Positions 26,483 through 36,869 are shown, counted from the first letter of the stretch. The stretch: DNA of 64,000 nt from an uncultured Candidatus Rokubacteria bacterium (GCA_963754315.1 CAVWFS010000006.1:160001-224000); one strand, 5' to 3'. Program-made: numbers and translations. Notes: a model not told the origin generated them from the letters alone.

Positions 26483-28139
26483 GTGAACCCCCCAGTCCGG
26501 CTCATTCCCCTCGGCGGACTCGGCGAGATCGGCCTCAACATGCTGCTCGTCGAGTCCGCCGACGACCTCCTCGCCATCGACTGCGGGCTGATGTTCCCGG
26601 ACGACGAATTGCCGGGGATCGACTATGTCATACCGGACTTCTCCTACGCGCTCGCCAAGCGCGAGGGCTTTCGCGCGCTCATCCTCACTCACGGCCACGA
26701 GGATCACATCGGCGCCATTCCCTATCTCTTGCGTGAGGTTCAGGCTCCCCGTGTACGGCACGCCGTTCACCTTGGCCCTCGTGGGCGAGCGGCTCAGGGA
26801 GCACGGACTCCTGGAGGGCGCCGATCTGCGCCCCCTGCGGCCCCGCGATCGCGTCCAGATAGGCCCGTTCGGCATTCAGGCCATTCGGGTGACGCACTCC
26901 ATCGTCGACGGGATCGGCCTCGCGATCGACACGCCGGTCGGGACCATCGTCCACACGGGCGATTTCAAGCTGGACGCAGCGCCGCTCGACGGTGAGCCGC
27001 CGGACTATCGCACGCTGACCGAGCTGGGCGAGCGGGGAGTGCTGGTGCTCTGCTCCGATTCCACCAACGTGGATCGTCCGGGTCACACGCCCTCGGAGAC
27101 CGAAGTGGGCGCCGCGCTGGCCGAGCGCTTCGAACGCGCCCAGGGCCGCATCATCATCTCCACCTTTGCCTCGCACATCCATCGGATCCAACAGGTATTG
27201 CGCCTGGCGGAACGGTTCGAGCGCTGTGTGGCCTTGCTCGGCATGAGCATGCAGAAGAACGTGGCCCTCGCCGCCGAGCACGGATATCTGCGGATTCCCC
27301 CGCACGTGCTGGTGTCGGTCGACGAGTTGGCGGCCTTGCCCGCACGGCACCAGGTCATCCTGTCCACCGGAAGCCAGGGCGAACCCAACTCCGCTCTGGC
27401 CCTCATGGCCGCCGGTGAGCACAAGTACGTCCAGGTCGAGGCGGGCGATCTGGTGATTCTGTCGTCGCGGGTCATTCCTGGCCACGAGCGCACGGTGGGG
27501 CGCGTGGTCAACGGGCTCTATCGACGCGGAGCCGAGGTCCTCTACGAGGACAACGCCTTCGTTCACGTCTCGGGGCATGCCAGCCAGGAAGATCTGAAGC
27601 TCATGCTCACGATGACACGCCCGCGCTACTTCCTGCCCGTTCACGGCGAGTACCGGCACCTGCTCGGCCACGCCCGCCTGGCCACCGGCGTGGGCGTGCC
27701 CGCCGAGCGCGTGTTCGTCATCGAAGACGGTATGGGTCTCGAGGTCTCGTCGTCAGACGCCCGTGTCGTGGGTCGCTTCCCGGCCGGTCGGGTGCTCGTC
27801 GATGGCAAGGGCATCGGGGACATCGGCGCCGTCGTTCTTCGCGATCGTCAGATCCTGTCCAACGAGGGCCTGGTGGCAGTGGCGCTGGTCGTCGACCGCG
27901 AGGGTGTCGTGGTGACCGGGCCTCAGATCGCTTCCCGCGGCGTGGTGTATGTCAAGGAGAACGAAGCCCTCCTTGACGAGTTGAAGGGGGCGGTGGCCAA
28001 GGCTCTCGGTGAGCGTGACTGCACGGTGCCGTTCGACCGCGAGGTGATGAGCGCGGTCGTGCGCACGGCCGTCCGTCAGTTCATCAACCACCGCTTCCAC
28101 AGGAAGCCGGTGGTGCTTCCCATCATCCTGGAGGTCTGA
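26483..28139 (+). CDS. rnj: Ribonuclease J; frameshift near 26740
   Basis: IPLGGLGEIGLN, THGHEDHIG, HTGDFKLD, TGSQGEP, HVSGHA, PVHGEYRHL. Confidence 0.95.
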
Positions 28140-30307
28140 TGCCCGTCACGACGTCGGCCGACGACAAGCCTCGCCGTGCCCGCAAGAAGGCAGAGCATCG
28201 CCGATGGGTACGCGAGGCCAAGGGGATCAGCGCCCTCGTGGCCGCCGGGTTCGGCGTCGTGGCCCTGGCCGCGTTCGATCCACATGAGTCGCCGACCGAC
28301 CAGCAGGGATTGGTGGGGCCGGTGGGTGTGTGGCTGGCGTGGGCGCTGTTCCGAGGATTCGGCTACGCGAGCATCCTCTTTCCGGTCCTCCTCGGCGGCT
28401 GGGGGGCCAGCTCGTTTCTGCGCCCCTCCACGGTGCGGGGTCGACTCCCGCTCGTGGGCCTCGCCGTCCTGCTCGTCACGGCGACTGGGCTCCTCTCGCT
28501 CCTCGCGAGCGCCGACGGCGTGGATCACGGTGGGCTCGTGGGCGCGGCCCTCACGTACGGGCTTCGCTCCACATTCGGGAGTGCGGGAACGTGGCTGGTG
28601 CTGCTGGGAGGGCTCCCGCTGGCGGTGCTCCTCGTCACTCAGGTGTCGTTCGCGGCGCTCGTCCGTGTCCTCACGACGCGTCTTGCCCGCATGCGTCGGC
28701 GCGCCCGAAGCATCGCGCCCGTGGTGACACGCGCGATGCTCGAGCCAGACGGCGGGAGCCTGGCCCTGCCGGCGCCGTCATCCCTGGCGCCGGCGCCTCC
28801 TCCGGTGGTGGTCGAGCCCTCCCGGCCCCGCGCCGGGCTCATGGAACGGGGGCTCGCCTGGCAGGAGACCTTCGACTTCGGCACCGGCGGCGCCGAGGCA
28901 TTCCAGCTCCCGCCTGTGGGTCTGCTCAAGCTCCCGCCTGCCTCCGAGATCGCGCGCTCGCGCGAGGAACTGCAGGACAACGCGGAGACCCTCCGCCGCA
29001 AACTGCAAGATTTCGAGGTCGAGGGGCGCATCGTCCAGGTGAACCCGGGCCCCATCATCACCTCGTACGAGTTCGAGCCGGCACCGGGCGTGAAAGTCAG
29101 CCAGGTCGTCAACCGCGCCGACGATCTGGCCCTCTCCCTGAAATCGGCATCGGTACGGATCGTGGGGCCGATCCCGGGGCGGGGAACGATCGCGGTGGAG
29201 GTGCCCAACGCGGAGGCGGCGACCGTCTACCTACGTGACATTTTCATGTCGGCCGAGTTCGGGGAGTCCAAAGGAAAGCTCCCACTCGCCCTCGGCAAGG
29301 ACGTGACGGGCACGCCGGTGGTGGCCGATCTCACGAGCATGCCGCACCTGCTCGTAGCCGGCGCTACCGGGAGCGGCAAGTCCGTCGGCCTCAATTCGAT
29401 GATCTGCTCAATCCTGTACAAGACGACGCCGGCCGAGGTCCGCTTCCTGATGATCGATCCCAAGCGCCTCGAGCTGTCGGTGTACGAGAGCATCCCGCAC
29501 CTGCTGGCGCCGGTGGTCACCGACGCCAAGGAGGCGGCCGCCCGCCTGCGCTGGATCGTGGGCAAGATGGACGAGCGCTACAAGCTGCTGCAGGCGCGCC
29601 AGGTCCGGAACATCGAAGGCTATAACAAGGCAGTCCCGGGGGAGGAGCGGCTGCCGTACTGGGTCGTGGTCGTTGACGAGCTGGCCGACCTGATGATGGT
29701 GTCGGCGGGTGAGGTCCAGACCTCACTCGTCCGGTTGGCCCAGATTGCCCGCGCCGTCGGCATTCATCTCATCATAGCCACCCAGCGGCCCTCCGTGGAC
29801 GTCGTTACCGGACTCATCAAGGCCAACTTCCCGACCCGCATCGCCTTCCAGGTGGCTTCCAAGGTCGATTCGCGCACCGTGCTCGACGGCAACGGTGCCG
29901 AGCAACTGCTCGGGCGCGGCGACATGATCTTCGTGCCGCCGGGTGCAAACCGGCAGATGCGCGTTCACGGCGCCTGGGTGTCTGACGAGGAGGTCAAGGC
30001 AGTCTGCGAATTCCTCCGCACGCAGGGCACCGCCGTGTACGAAGAGGTCGTGCTGGCCACCGAAGAAGAGGTCGCCGACGGGGAGGCCGCCGACCGCGAC
30101 GACATCTACTGGGACGCCGTGCACCTCGTGATCGGCCAGCGCCAGGCGTCGATCTCGTTCCTCCAGCGCCGCCTCCGACTCGGTTATCCCAAGGCAGCGC
30201 GCTTCATCGACATGATGGAGCAAGACCGAGTCATCGGGCCCGGCGAGGGCGCCAAGCCTCGCGAGGTGCTGGTGGGGCCCGAGTATCTGGCCAAGCGAGG
30301 CAAGTGA
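28139..30307 (+). CDS. ftsK: DNA translocase FtsK
   Basis: N-terminal TM segments, MPHLLVAGATGSGKSV, MIDPKRLEL, VVDELADLM, ATQRPSVDV, gamma domain ASISFLQRRLRLGYPKAARFID. Confidence 0.97.
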   Translation: MPVTTSADDKPRRARKKAEHRRWVREAKGISALVAAGFGVVALAAFDPHESPTDQQGLVGPVGVWLAWALFRGFGYASILFPVLLGGWGASSFLRPSTVRGRLPLVGLAVLLVTATGLLSLLASADGVDHGGLVGAALTYGLRSTFGSAGTWLVLLGGLPLAVLLVTQVSFAALVRVLTTRLARMRRRARSIAPVVTRAMLEPDGGSLALPAPSSLAPAPPPVVVEPSRPRAGLMERGLAWQETFDFGTGGAEAFQLPPVGLLKLPPASEIARSREELQDNAETLRRKLQDFEVEGRIVQVNPGPIITSYEFEPAPGVKVSQVVNRADDLALSLKSASVRIVGPIPGRGTIAVEVPNAEAATVYLRDIFMSAEFGESKGKLPLALGKDVTGTPVVADLTSMPHLLVAGATGSGKSVGLNSMICSILYKTTPAEVRFLMIDPKRLELSVYESIPHLLAPVVTDAKEAAARLRWIVGKMDERYKLLQARQVRNIEGYNKAVPGEERLPYWVVVVDELADLMMVSAGEVQTSLVRLAQIARAVGIHLIIATQRPSVDVVTGLIKANFPTRIAFQVASKVDSRTVLDGNGAEQLLGRGDMIFVPPGANRQMRVHGAWVSDEEVKAVCEFLRTQGTAVYEEVVLATEEEVADGEAADRDDIYWDAVHLVIGQRQASISFLQRRLRLGYPKAARFIDMMEQDRVIGPGEGAKPREVLVGPEYLAKRGK

Positions 30308-31257
30308 AAGAAGCCGTCCTGGTCCTGGGTCTGAGCCTGACTCTGGTCTGGCCCGCTTGGGCCGCCTCTGGCTGCAGCGGCTCTGCCCTTGGCGTCGATG
30401 CCGCGAACGCCCTCGTCCTGTCAGGAGGCGGGGCGAAGGGAGCCTGGGAGGCCGGAGTCGCCTCGGCCCTCATCCGCGGTGGGTTTCCTATCCACCTCGT
30501 GGCCGGTTCCTCGGCGGGCGCTCTCAACGCCGCCATGATCGCGGACGGGCGGCTCGATCGCCTGGAGGAGCTCTGGCGCACGGTGACGCGTGAGCACGTC
30601 TACACCTTGCGCCCGTCAGTGTTCTTCGCGGGTCTTCTGCCCGGCTGGCTGACGTTGCTCGTGCTGGATCGAGCGGGATCACTCTTTGATCCACGCCCCC
30701 TCCGAGAACTCATCGGCAGTTCCCTCGATCTCGATCGCGTGCGGGCATCACACGTACGCGTGGTCGTGACCGCCACCGATCTGGCCCGCCGTCAGCAGCG
30801 TCTCTTCGACAACCAGACTCTTTCGATCGACGCCCTCATGGCGGCCACGGCCGTGCCCGGCGCCTTTCCGCCGGTGGCCGTGGATGGCGAGCTGCTCGTC
30901 GACGGCGGCCTCACCGGTCGTGCGCCCATCTTGACGGCGCTGGAGGCTGCACACCGCCTGGACCGCGTGGTCGTGCTGCTGAGCTACGCCGCCCAGGAGG
31001 CTGGTGATCCGCCCACGACCCTGCGCCGAGCGCTCGAACAATCGTTCGAGATGACGATGGTGCATCAGATTCGCCGTGACACCGAGCTGGCACGCTTGAA
31101 GTACCCCGGCGTGGACGTCCAGCTTCTCGTGCCTTCGGCGTCACTCGCGCTGCGCCCGCTCGACTTCGATCCCGGGGGGCTCGCCCGTGCCCTCGAGCTT
31201 GGGCGCCGAGATGGTGCCGCCTGCCTGGAGCGCTGGCGCGGAAACAGCACGCGCTGA
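30304..31257 (+). CDS. Patatin-like phospholipase with N-terminal signal peptide
   Basis: LVLSGGGAKG, GSSAG (nucleophile), VDGG. Confidence 0.88.
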   Translation: MKEAVLVLGLSLTLVWPAWAASGCSGSALGVDAANALVLSGGGAKGAWEAGVASALIRGGFPIHLVAGSSAGALNAAMIADGRLDRLEELWRTVTREHVYTLRPSVFFAGLLPGWLTLLVLDRAGSLFDPRPLRELIGSSLDLDRVRASHVRVVVTATDLARRQQRLFDNQTLSIDALMAATAVPGAFPPVAVDGELLVDGGLTGRAPILTALEAAHRLDRVVVLLSYAAQEAGDPPTTLRRALEQSFEMTMVHQIRRDTELARLKYPGVDVQLLVPSASLALRPLDFDPGGLARALELGRRDGAACLERWRGNSTR

Positions 31258-31326
31258 CAGGGACCCACGCGGTTGCCACACCCCACCATCCGACGTAGAC
31301 TCGCGCAACCTACCAGGAGGACATCA

Positions 31327-32853
31327 ATGCACCGACGCGTCGTGGCCGCGCTGCTCCTGCTCGCTGTCCCATCCGTTGCCTCGGCGCAGTCGGGCGCGCA
31401 GATCACCATCGCCCAGCCCGCCGAGGCCACCACGATGGATCCAGGCCGGAGCACCCAGGTCCTGACCGTCAACTACTTCTACAATCTCTACGATGCGCTC
31501 CTGCGATGGGACAACACCCTCAAGCTCCAGCCCGGCCTCGCCACCACCTGGAAGAGCCTCAATGACACAACATGGGAGTTCTCTCTGCGCCCGGGCGTGA
31601 AGTTCCATGATGGGCAGCCCTTCACCGCGGAAGACGTCAAGGCCACTCTAGAGCGCAACCTGGTCGTGGGTAAAACGGTCGTGCAGTCGGGATTCGCCAC
31701 GATCGACGCGGTCCAGATCGTCAATCCCACCACCGTTCGGGTCATCACCAAGAAGCCCGATCCGCTGCTGCTCGTGCGCATGGCCCAGATGGGAGCGCAG
31801 ATCCTGCCCGCCCGGCTGACCACCGATGAGGGCATGAAGGAGCTCGCGCGCAAGCCGGTGGGGACTGGCGCCTACCGATTCGTCGAGTGGCTGAAGGACG
31901 AGCGTCTGGTCATGGACGCCAACCGCGACTGGTGGGGTTGGGAGGGCAAGGCCCCCGCGGTCGAGCGCATCATCTGGAAGCCCATTCCCGACGACTTTCC
32001 GAGGCTGGTGGCGCTCGAGAAGGGCGAGGTCGACATCATCACCAATGTCCCTCCTGACCGCATGCGGGCCATCGCCGACGGACGCACCACGCGCATCGTG
32101 ACCACGCCGTCGACCCGCCTCGTGACCTTGACCATCAACGCGACCCAGCCTCCGCTGTCCGATCGGCGCGCCCGCCAGGCCTTGCACTACGGGCTCGATG
32201 TCAATGCGATCGTCAAGAATCTCTACGCCGGCCATGGCCGCCCCTTCAGTGGCGGCCTGGCCGACACGGACTTCGGGTATAACCCCGCGTTGAAGCCCTA
32301 CGCCTACGATCCGGCCAAGGCCAAGCAGCTGTGGGCGGAGGCGGGCCGTCCGACCAGTGTCGAGGTGACGCTCCACGCGGGCAGCGGCACCATGGTGAAC
32401 GACAAATTTCTTCTGGAAACGATCGCCGATATGTGGGGGAAGGTGGGCATCCGCACCAAGGTCGAGATGATGGAGATGGGAGCTCGCCAGCGCATGCTCA
32501 ACGAGCGCGCCATTCCCCCCAACGCGCTCTTGCTGGGTAACCCGCAGTCGACGCTCCTCGACGCCGACGGCAGCCTCTGGCGGCTCTTCCACCCCAACGG
32601 CTTCGGGGGAAAGTACTGGAGCGGCAGCCAGCCCGGACAACGTTTCCACGACTTGATGGATGGCGCACGTTACTCGCTCGATCAGAAGAAGCGCAAGCAG
32701 CTCTATGCCGACGCCACCCAGATCATTCACGACGAGAAACCGTGGCTGGAGCTGTTCCAGGAGGTTGTCGTTTACGGCACGAGCAAGCGCGTGACCTTCA
32801 CGGTGCGCCCCGACTATCGTCTCATCGTCTCCGAGATGTCCCTCGCCCGCTGA
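31327..32853 (+). CDS. ABC transporter substrate-binding protein, peptide/nickel family 5
   Basis: Signal peptide, LRPGVKFHDGQPFTAEDV, PVGTGAYRF, LEKGEVDI, YDPAKAKQL; SD AGGAGG. Confidence 0.92.
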   Translation: MHRRVVAALLLLAVPSVASAQSGAQITIAQPAEATTMDPGRSTQVLTVNYFYNLYDALLRWDNTLKLQPGLATTWKSLNDTTWEFSLRPGVKFHDGQPFTAEDVKATLERNLVVGKTVVQSGFATIDAVQIVNPTTVRVITKKPDPLLLVRMAQMGAQILPARLTTDEGMKELARKPVGTGAYRFVEWLKDERLVMDANRDWWGWEGKAPAVERIIWKPIPDDFPRLVALEKGEVDIITNVPPDRMRAIADGRTTRIVTTPSTRLVTLTINATQPPLSDRRARQALHYGLDVNAIVKNLYAGHGRPFSGGLADTDFGYNPALKPYAYDPAKAKQLWAEAGRPTSVEVTLHAGSGTMVNDKFLLETIADMWGKVGIRTKVEMMEMGARQRMLNERAIPPNALLLGNPQSTLLDADGSLWRLFHPNGFGGKYWSGSQPGQRFHDLMDGARYSLDQKKRKQLYADATQIIHDEKPWLELFQEVVVYGTSKRVTFTVRPDYRLIVSEMSLAR

Positions 32854-32883
32854 CCAACCCCTCCCAGCGCCCCTCAAATCAAG

Positions 32884-33190
32884 GAGCGCCCGGGGCCTGG
32901 GGGCCCTCTCGAGGCCCATAACAGGCAGGGCCAATCGAGGAGCGGCCCGGGTCCCCCGGGCGCCGGGACGAGCCGCCCATGGGGGGTTGGGGGGCCCTGT
33001 CGAGGCCCATAACAGGCAGGCCAATCGAGGAGCGGCCCGGGGGCCCCGGGCCGGGACGAGCCGCCCCGGGGGCCTGGGGGGCCCTGTCGAGGCCCATAAC
33101 AGGCAGGCCAATCGAGGAGCGGCCCGGGTCCCCCGGGCCGGGACGAGCCGCCCCGGGGGGCCTGGGGGGCCCTCTCGAGGCCCCCCATAT
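32884..33190 (+). repeat. Tandem array (~3.5 units, period 87-91 bp) of the two-hairpin repeat
   Basis: GGCCCATAACAGGCAGG at 32913, 33004 and 33091; each is followed by TCGAGGAGCGGCCCGGG..CCCGGG..GACGAGCCGCCC..TGGGGGGCCCT(G/C)TCGAGGCCC. Confidence 0.93.
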
Positions 33191-33212
33191 TAAGGGTGGT
33201 ACAGTAGTTGAA

Positions 33213-33869
33213 ATGCGCGTCCTTCTCAGCGTCCTCACCATGTTGCTCACGAGCCTCGCCGGGACCTCCCAGGCCGCCCCCAGCCTCGACGACGTCGTCC
33301 GGGGTCTGGAGGGAGCGTACGGCCAGATGAGCGATCTCAAAGCGGATTTCTCCCAGTCTGCTTACAACAAGAGCCTGAACCAGACGATCCCCGCTCAGGG
33401 AACGGTCTATCTGAAAAAGGGTGGGAAGCTCCGCTGGGAGTACAGGGAGCCGACCCCCCAGGAGATCGTCTCGGACGGTAAACAGCTCTGGGTGTATACC
33501 CCCATGCTCAACCAGGTGAACGTGGGCCCGGCCCCAGAGGCGCTCGCGGGACCAGCGGGCAGCTTTCTAGCCGGCCTCGGCAAGGTGCGGGAGCATTTCA
33601 CCGTGCGCTTTCTGAATCCTGGTCAGCCGACCGATCGTGACGGCGCCTTCGTCCTCGACCTCACACCCAAGCAACCTCTGCCCACCCTGACCCGCCTCAT
33701 CCTGACGGTGGGACCCAAGCTCTTCGAGGTCCGCAAGGCGGTGGTGTACGACCAGTTCGAGAACGCCGTCACCATGCAGTTCGCCAAGCTGGCCACCAAC
33801 AGCGGCATTCCCGACCAGGTCTTCACGTTTGTGCCGCCCAAAGGGGTGGCCACCGTGCCGCTGAGATAA
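33213..33869 (+). CDS. lolA: Outer-membrane lipoprotein carrier protein
   Basis: Signal peptide, LKADFSQ, GTVYLKKGGKLRWEY, IVSDGKQLWVY, FTFVPPKG. Confidence 0.9.
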   Translation: MRVLLSVLTMLLTSLAGTSQAAPSLDDVVRGLEGAYGQMSDLKADFSQSAYNKSLNQTIPAQGTVYLKKGGKLRWEYREPTPQEIVSDGKQLWVYTPMLNQVNVGPAPEALAGPAGSFLAGLGKVREHFTVRFLNPGQPTDRDGAFVLDLTPKQPLPTLTRLILTVGPKLFEVRKAVVYDQFENAVTMQFAKLATNSGIPDQVFTFVPPKGVATVPLR

Positions 33870-33878
33870 GATCTGAAC

Positions 33879-34376
33879 ATGGCTGGCGAGAACTCGTTCG
33901 ACATCGTGTGCAAGATCGACCCGCAGGAGGTCACCAACGCCGTCGACCAAGCCCGCCGCGAGATCGACACTCGTTACGACCTCAAAGGCACCAAGAGCGC
34001 GGTGAACGTCGAGAAGACCACGCTCACCTTGACTGCCCCGGACGACATGAAGCTCAAGGCGGTGGTGGATATCCTACAGTCGAAGTTGCACCGGCGCGGC
34101 GTGCCGCTCAAGGCCCTCACCTACGGGAAGGTGGAGACGGCGGCCGGGGGCATGCTGCGTCAGGCCATCGAGCTGCAACAGGGCATTCCCATCGAGAAGG
34201 CGCGCGAGATCGTCCGCATCGTCAAGGACACCAAGCTCAGGCTTCAGGCCTCTATCCAGGAGGATAAGGTCCGCGTGTCCGGCAAGAATCGCGACGATCT
34301 CCAAACGGTCATTGCCCTCCTGCGCGACAAGGAGCTCGGCATCGCGCTTCAGTTCGACAACTACCGCAGCCCGTAA
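33879..34376 (+). CDS. yajQ: YajQ family nucleotide/c-di-GMP-binding protein
   Basis: SFDIVCKID.QEVTNAVDQA, RYDLKG, QQGI, VRVSGKNRDDLQ, LQFDNYR. Confidence 0.95.
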   Translation: MAGENSFDIVCKIDPQEVTNAVDQARREIDTRYDLKGTKSAVNVEKTTLTLTAPDDMKLKAVVDILQSKLHRRGVPLKALTYGKVETAAGGMLRQAIELQQGIPIEKAREIVRIVKDTKLRLQASIQEDKVRVSGKNRDDLQTVIALLRDKELGIALQFDNYRSP

Positions 34377-34377
34377 G

Positions 34378-35715
34378 ATGCGGGTCCACCTCACCACCCT
34401 CGGCTGTCCGAAGAATCAGGTCGATTCCGAGCTGATGCTCGGCCTGCTCACGGCCGCGGGCCTTCTCACGACCGAGCGCGCCGAGGACGCCGATTGCCTC
34501 ATCGTCAACACCTGTGCCTTCATCGATCGAGCGCGGACGGAGTCGGTGGAGACGATCCTCGAGCTGGCCCGCCTCAAGGAGGAGGGGCGCTGTCGATCCT
34601 TGATCGTGACCGGCTGCCTGACCCAGCGTTACGGCGGGGAGGTACTGCGCGAGATTCCTCAGGTCGACGGCATCCTCGGTACTGCGGAGCTCCACCGCGT
34701 GGTCGACCTGGTGCGCCAGGCCGCTGGTCGTCACGACTGGGCCACGTCGGCCCCGCCCGGGTATCTCTATGACGCGACGACCCCCCGTCTTCTTGCGGCG
34801 CGAGTGCCATACGCGTACGTGAAGATCGCCGAGGGGTGCGACATGGGCTGCACCTTTTGTGCGATCCCGCAGTTTCGAGGTCGTCACCGCAGCCGGGCTC
34901 TGTCCGACATCGTCCGAGAGGTCGACGAACTGGGCCGCCGTGGGATCCAGGAAGCCATTCTCGTCTCGCAGGACACGTTGGCCTACGGACGCGATCGGCC
35001 CGGCAACGGCGACATCGGCGATCTGCTGCTCGCTCTCGGTGACACCGGGGTTCCCTGGATCCGGCCCATGTATCTGCATCCCGCCCACGTGAGCGAGCGA
35101 CTGCTCGAGAAGTGGGCGCGCGCCCGGGTCGTGCCCTATCTGGACCTGCCCGTACAGCACGGCGATGACGTCATCCTGCGCGCCATGCGACGGGCGGTCA
35201 CGGCGAGCCGCATGCGCGATATCGTGGCCGCGTTTCGGGAGATCATCCCCGGCCTGACCGTGCGCACCACCGTGCTCCTCGGCTTCCCGGGCGAGACGGA
35301 GGCCTCCGTCGATCGCTTGCTCGAGTTTCTGGACGAGGTTCGGTTTGACCGGGTGGGTGCCTTCACGTACTCGCCGGAGGAAGGCACCCCGTCTCCCGCC
35401 TTCTCCGACCAGGTTCCCTCCGAGATTGCCGCCGAGCGTGCCTTACGCGTTCAGGAGTATCAAGACCGAATCGGGTGGGAGCTCAGTGCCCAGCTCGTTG
35501 GGCGTGAGATGGACGTCCTCGTGGACGGCCCGAGCGAGGACTCGGCCTTCGCCTTCGAGGGCCGCACGGTAAGCCAGGCGCCGGAAATCGACGGCGTGGT
35601 CTACCTACGGGACAAGGCGCGGAAGGGCCACCCGCGGGCCTTCACGCCTGGGCACTTCGCCCGGGTCCGAATCGTCGAGGCTGAGGGCTACGAGCTCATC
35701 GGCGAGCGTGCCTGA
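34378..35715 (+). CDS. rimO: Ribosomal protein S12 methylthiotransferase
   Basis: LGCPKNQVDSE, VNTCAFI, KIAEGCDMGCTFCAIP (CxxxCxxC), QAPEIDG (TRAM). Confidence 0.95.
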   Translation: MRVHLTTLGCPKNQVDSELMLGLLTAAGLLTTERAEDADCLIVNTCAFIDRARTESVETILELARLKEEGRCRSLIVTGCLTQRYGGEVLREIPQVDGILGTAELHRVVDLVRQAAGRHDWATSAPPGYLYDATTPRLLAARVPYAYVKIAEGCDMGCTFCAIPQFRGRHRSRALSDIVREVDELGRRGIQEAILVSQDTLAYGRDRPGNGDIGDLLLALGDTGVPWIRPMYLHPAHVSERLLEKWARARVVPYLDLPVQHGDDVILRAMRRAVTASRMRDIVAAFREIIPGLTVRTTVLLGFPGETEASVDRLLEFLDEVRFDRVGAFTYSPEEGTPSPAFSDQVPSEIAAERALRVQEYQDRIGWELSAQLVGREMDVLVDGPSEDSAFAFEGRTVSQAPEIDGVVYLRDKARKGHPRAFTPGHFARVRIVEAEGYELIGERA

Positions 35716-36199
35716 GCGAGGGCGACCGCTCGCCCGTCTCCTGCTGATCGATCGGTTTGCCGTCGGCATCGCCACTGGGGGAGGGGCTGGCTATTCGCCT
35801 TTCGCCCCGGGCACGGTGGCCAGTGCGCTGACTGCCCTTGTGCTGTGGCTGGTGCCGTTTTCTCGATCGGGGATCGTCGCATTCCTCGTCGCGGTCATCG
35901 TCGTCGGCACGTGGGCGGCCGAGCGTGCAGAGCGGGTGCTGGGGGGCAAGGATCCGGGCGCGATCGTCATCGACGAGGTCGCTGGGATGACGCTCGCCGT
36001 GCTTGCCTTCCCCCTGACGGCCTCGGTACTCCTCGCGGGGTTCGTGCTCTTCCGGCTCTTCGACGTCGTGAAGCCGCCTCCGGCCCACGCGAGCCAACGG
36101 CTCCGGGGCGGGGTTGGTGTCATGATCGACGACCTCATCGCGGGTGCGTACGCCCTGGCCGTGATCGCGGTTGCGCGCCTGGTCATCGGCTGGCCTTGA
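35708..36199 (+). CDS. pgpA: Phosphatidylglycerophosphatase A
   Basis: GYSPFAPGT, DPGAIVIDEVAG, LFRLFDVVKP, GVMIDDLIAG. Confidence 0.95.
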   Translation: MPERGRPLARLLLIDRFAVGIATGGGAGYSPFAPGTVASALTALVLWLVPFSRSGIVAFLVAVIVVGTWAAERAERVLGGKDPGAIVIDEVAGMTLAVLAFPLTASVLLAGFVLFRLFDVVKPPPAHASQRLRGGVGVMIDDLIAGAYALAVIAVARLVIGWP

Positions 36200-36215
36200 G
36201 AGAGGGAGCGCGGCC

Positions 36216-36869
36216 ATAGCGCTCGTCCGCGCCTTCGTCGCCATCACGCTTCCTCCGGCCTTACAGTCGGCCGTGGCGGCGACCCCTTTGGTGGAAGCGA
36301 TCCCTGGGGTTGCCTGGGTGAAGGCCGGCAACCTGCACCTGACCCTGAAGTTTCTCGGTGACGTCGAAGAGCAACGGATCGAGGCGATCGCGACGAGCCT
36401 CACCAAGGCCGCGGCCCAGGTCGATGCGTTCGACCTCACCATCGGCGGGTTCGGAGCGTTTCCAACTCGCGCCCGCCCACGCGTGATCTGGGTGGAGGCC
36501 AACGGGCCTCGACTCCACGCCCTCGTCGAGTCGATCGAGTGCGCCCTGGAGGCACTCGGCTTTCCGCGTGAGACCCGGCCCTTCGCCGGTCACATCACTC
36601 TCGGTCGAGTCCGCGCACGATCGACCCGCGGCCTCTCGCGCCACACGGGCGCCGGGGCCCACCAGAAGGTCGCGCATGATCAAGGGATACCCAGCGCCCC
36701 TCGGGGCACCCCGAGCGAGCCGGGGGTATGGGGGGCCATGTCGGGCTCCCCCATGTCAACGGACGCCGCGACTCGAGTCACCCGTATCGTGCTGATGCGA
36801 AGCCAGCTCACCTCGGGCGGGGCTTCCTACACGGAGCTGGGGGCGTTCTCGCTTGCTCCTCCTCGCTGA
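36216..36869 (+). CDS. thpR: RNA 2',3'-cyclic phosphodiesterase (2'-5' RNA ligase family) carrying an in-frame repeat insertion
   Basis: RAFVAI, NLHLTLKFLGDV, GAFP..PRVIW, GHITLGR (two HxT motifs); apparent ATA start at 36216 after GAGGGAG. Confidence 0.88.
   Translation: MALVRAFVAITLPPALQSAVAATPLVEAIPGVAWVKAGNLHLTLKFLGDVEEQRIEAIATSLTKAAAQVDAFDLTIGGFGAFPTRARPRVIWVEANGPRLHALVESIECALEALGFPRETRPFAGHITLGRVRARSTRGLSRHTGAGAHQKVAHDQGIPSAPRGTPSEPGVWGAMSGSPMSTDAATRVTRIVLMRSQLTSGGASYTELGAFSLAPPR
36681..36755 (+). repeat. Copy of the two-hairpin repeat inside the thpR reading frame
   Basis: CTCGGGGCACCCCGAG hairpin, then GAGCCGGGGGTATGGGGGGCCATGTCGGGCTCCCCCATG; closely matches 17939-17981. Confidence 0.8.

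Noticed and set aside
32884..33190. CRISPR array
   Set aside because: Whole ~88 bp units repeat with no unique spacers, and there are no cas genes in the window
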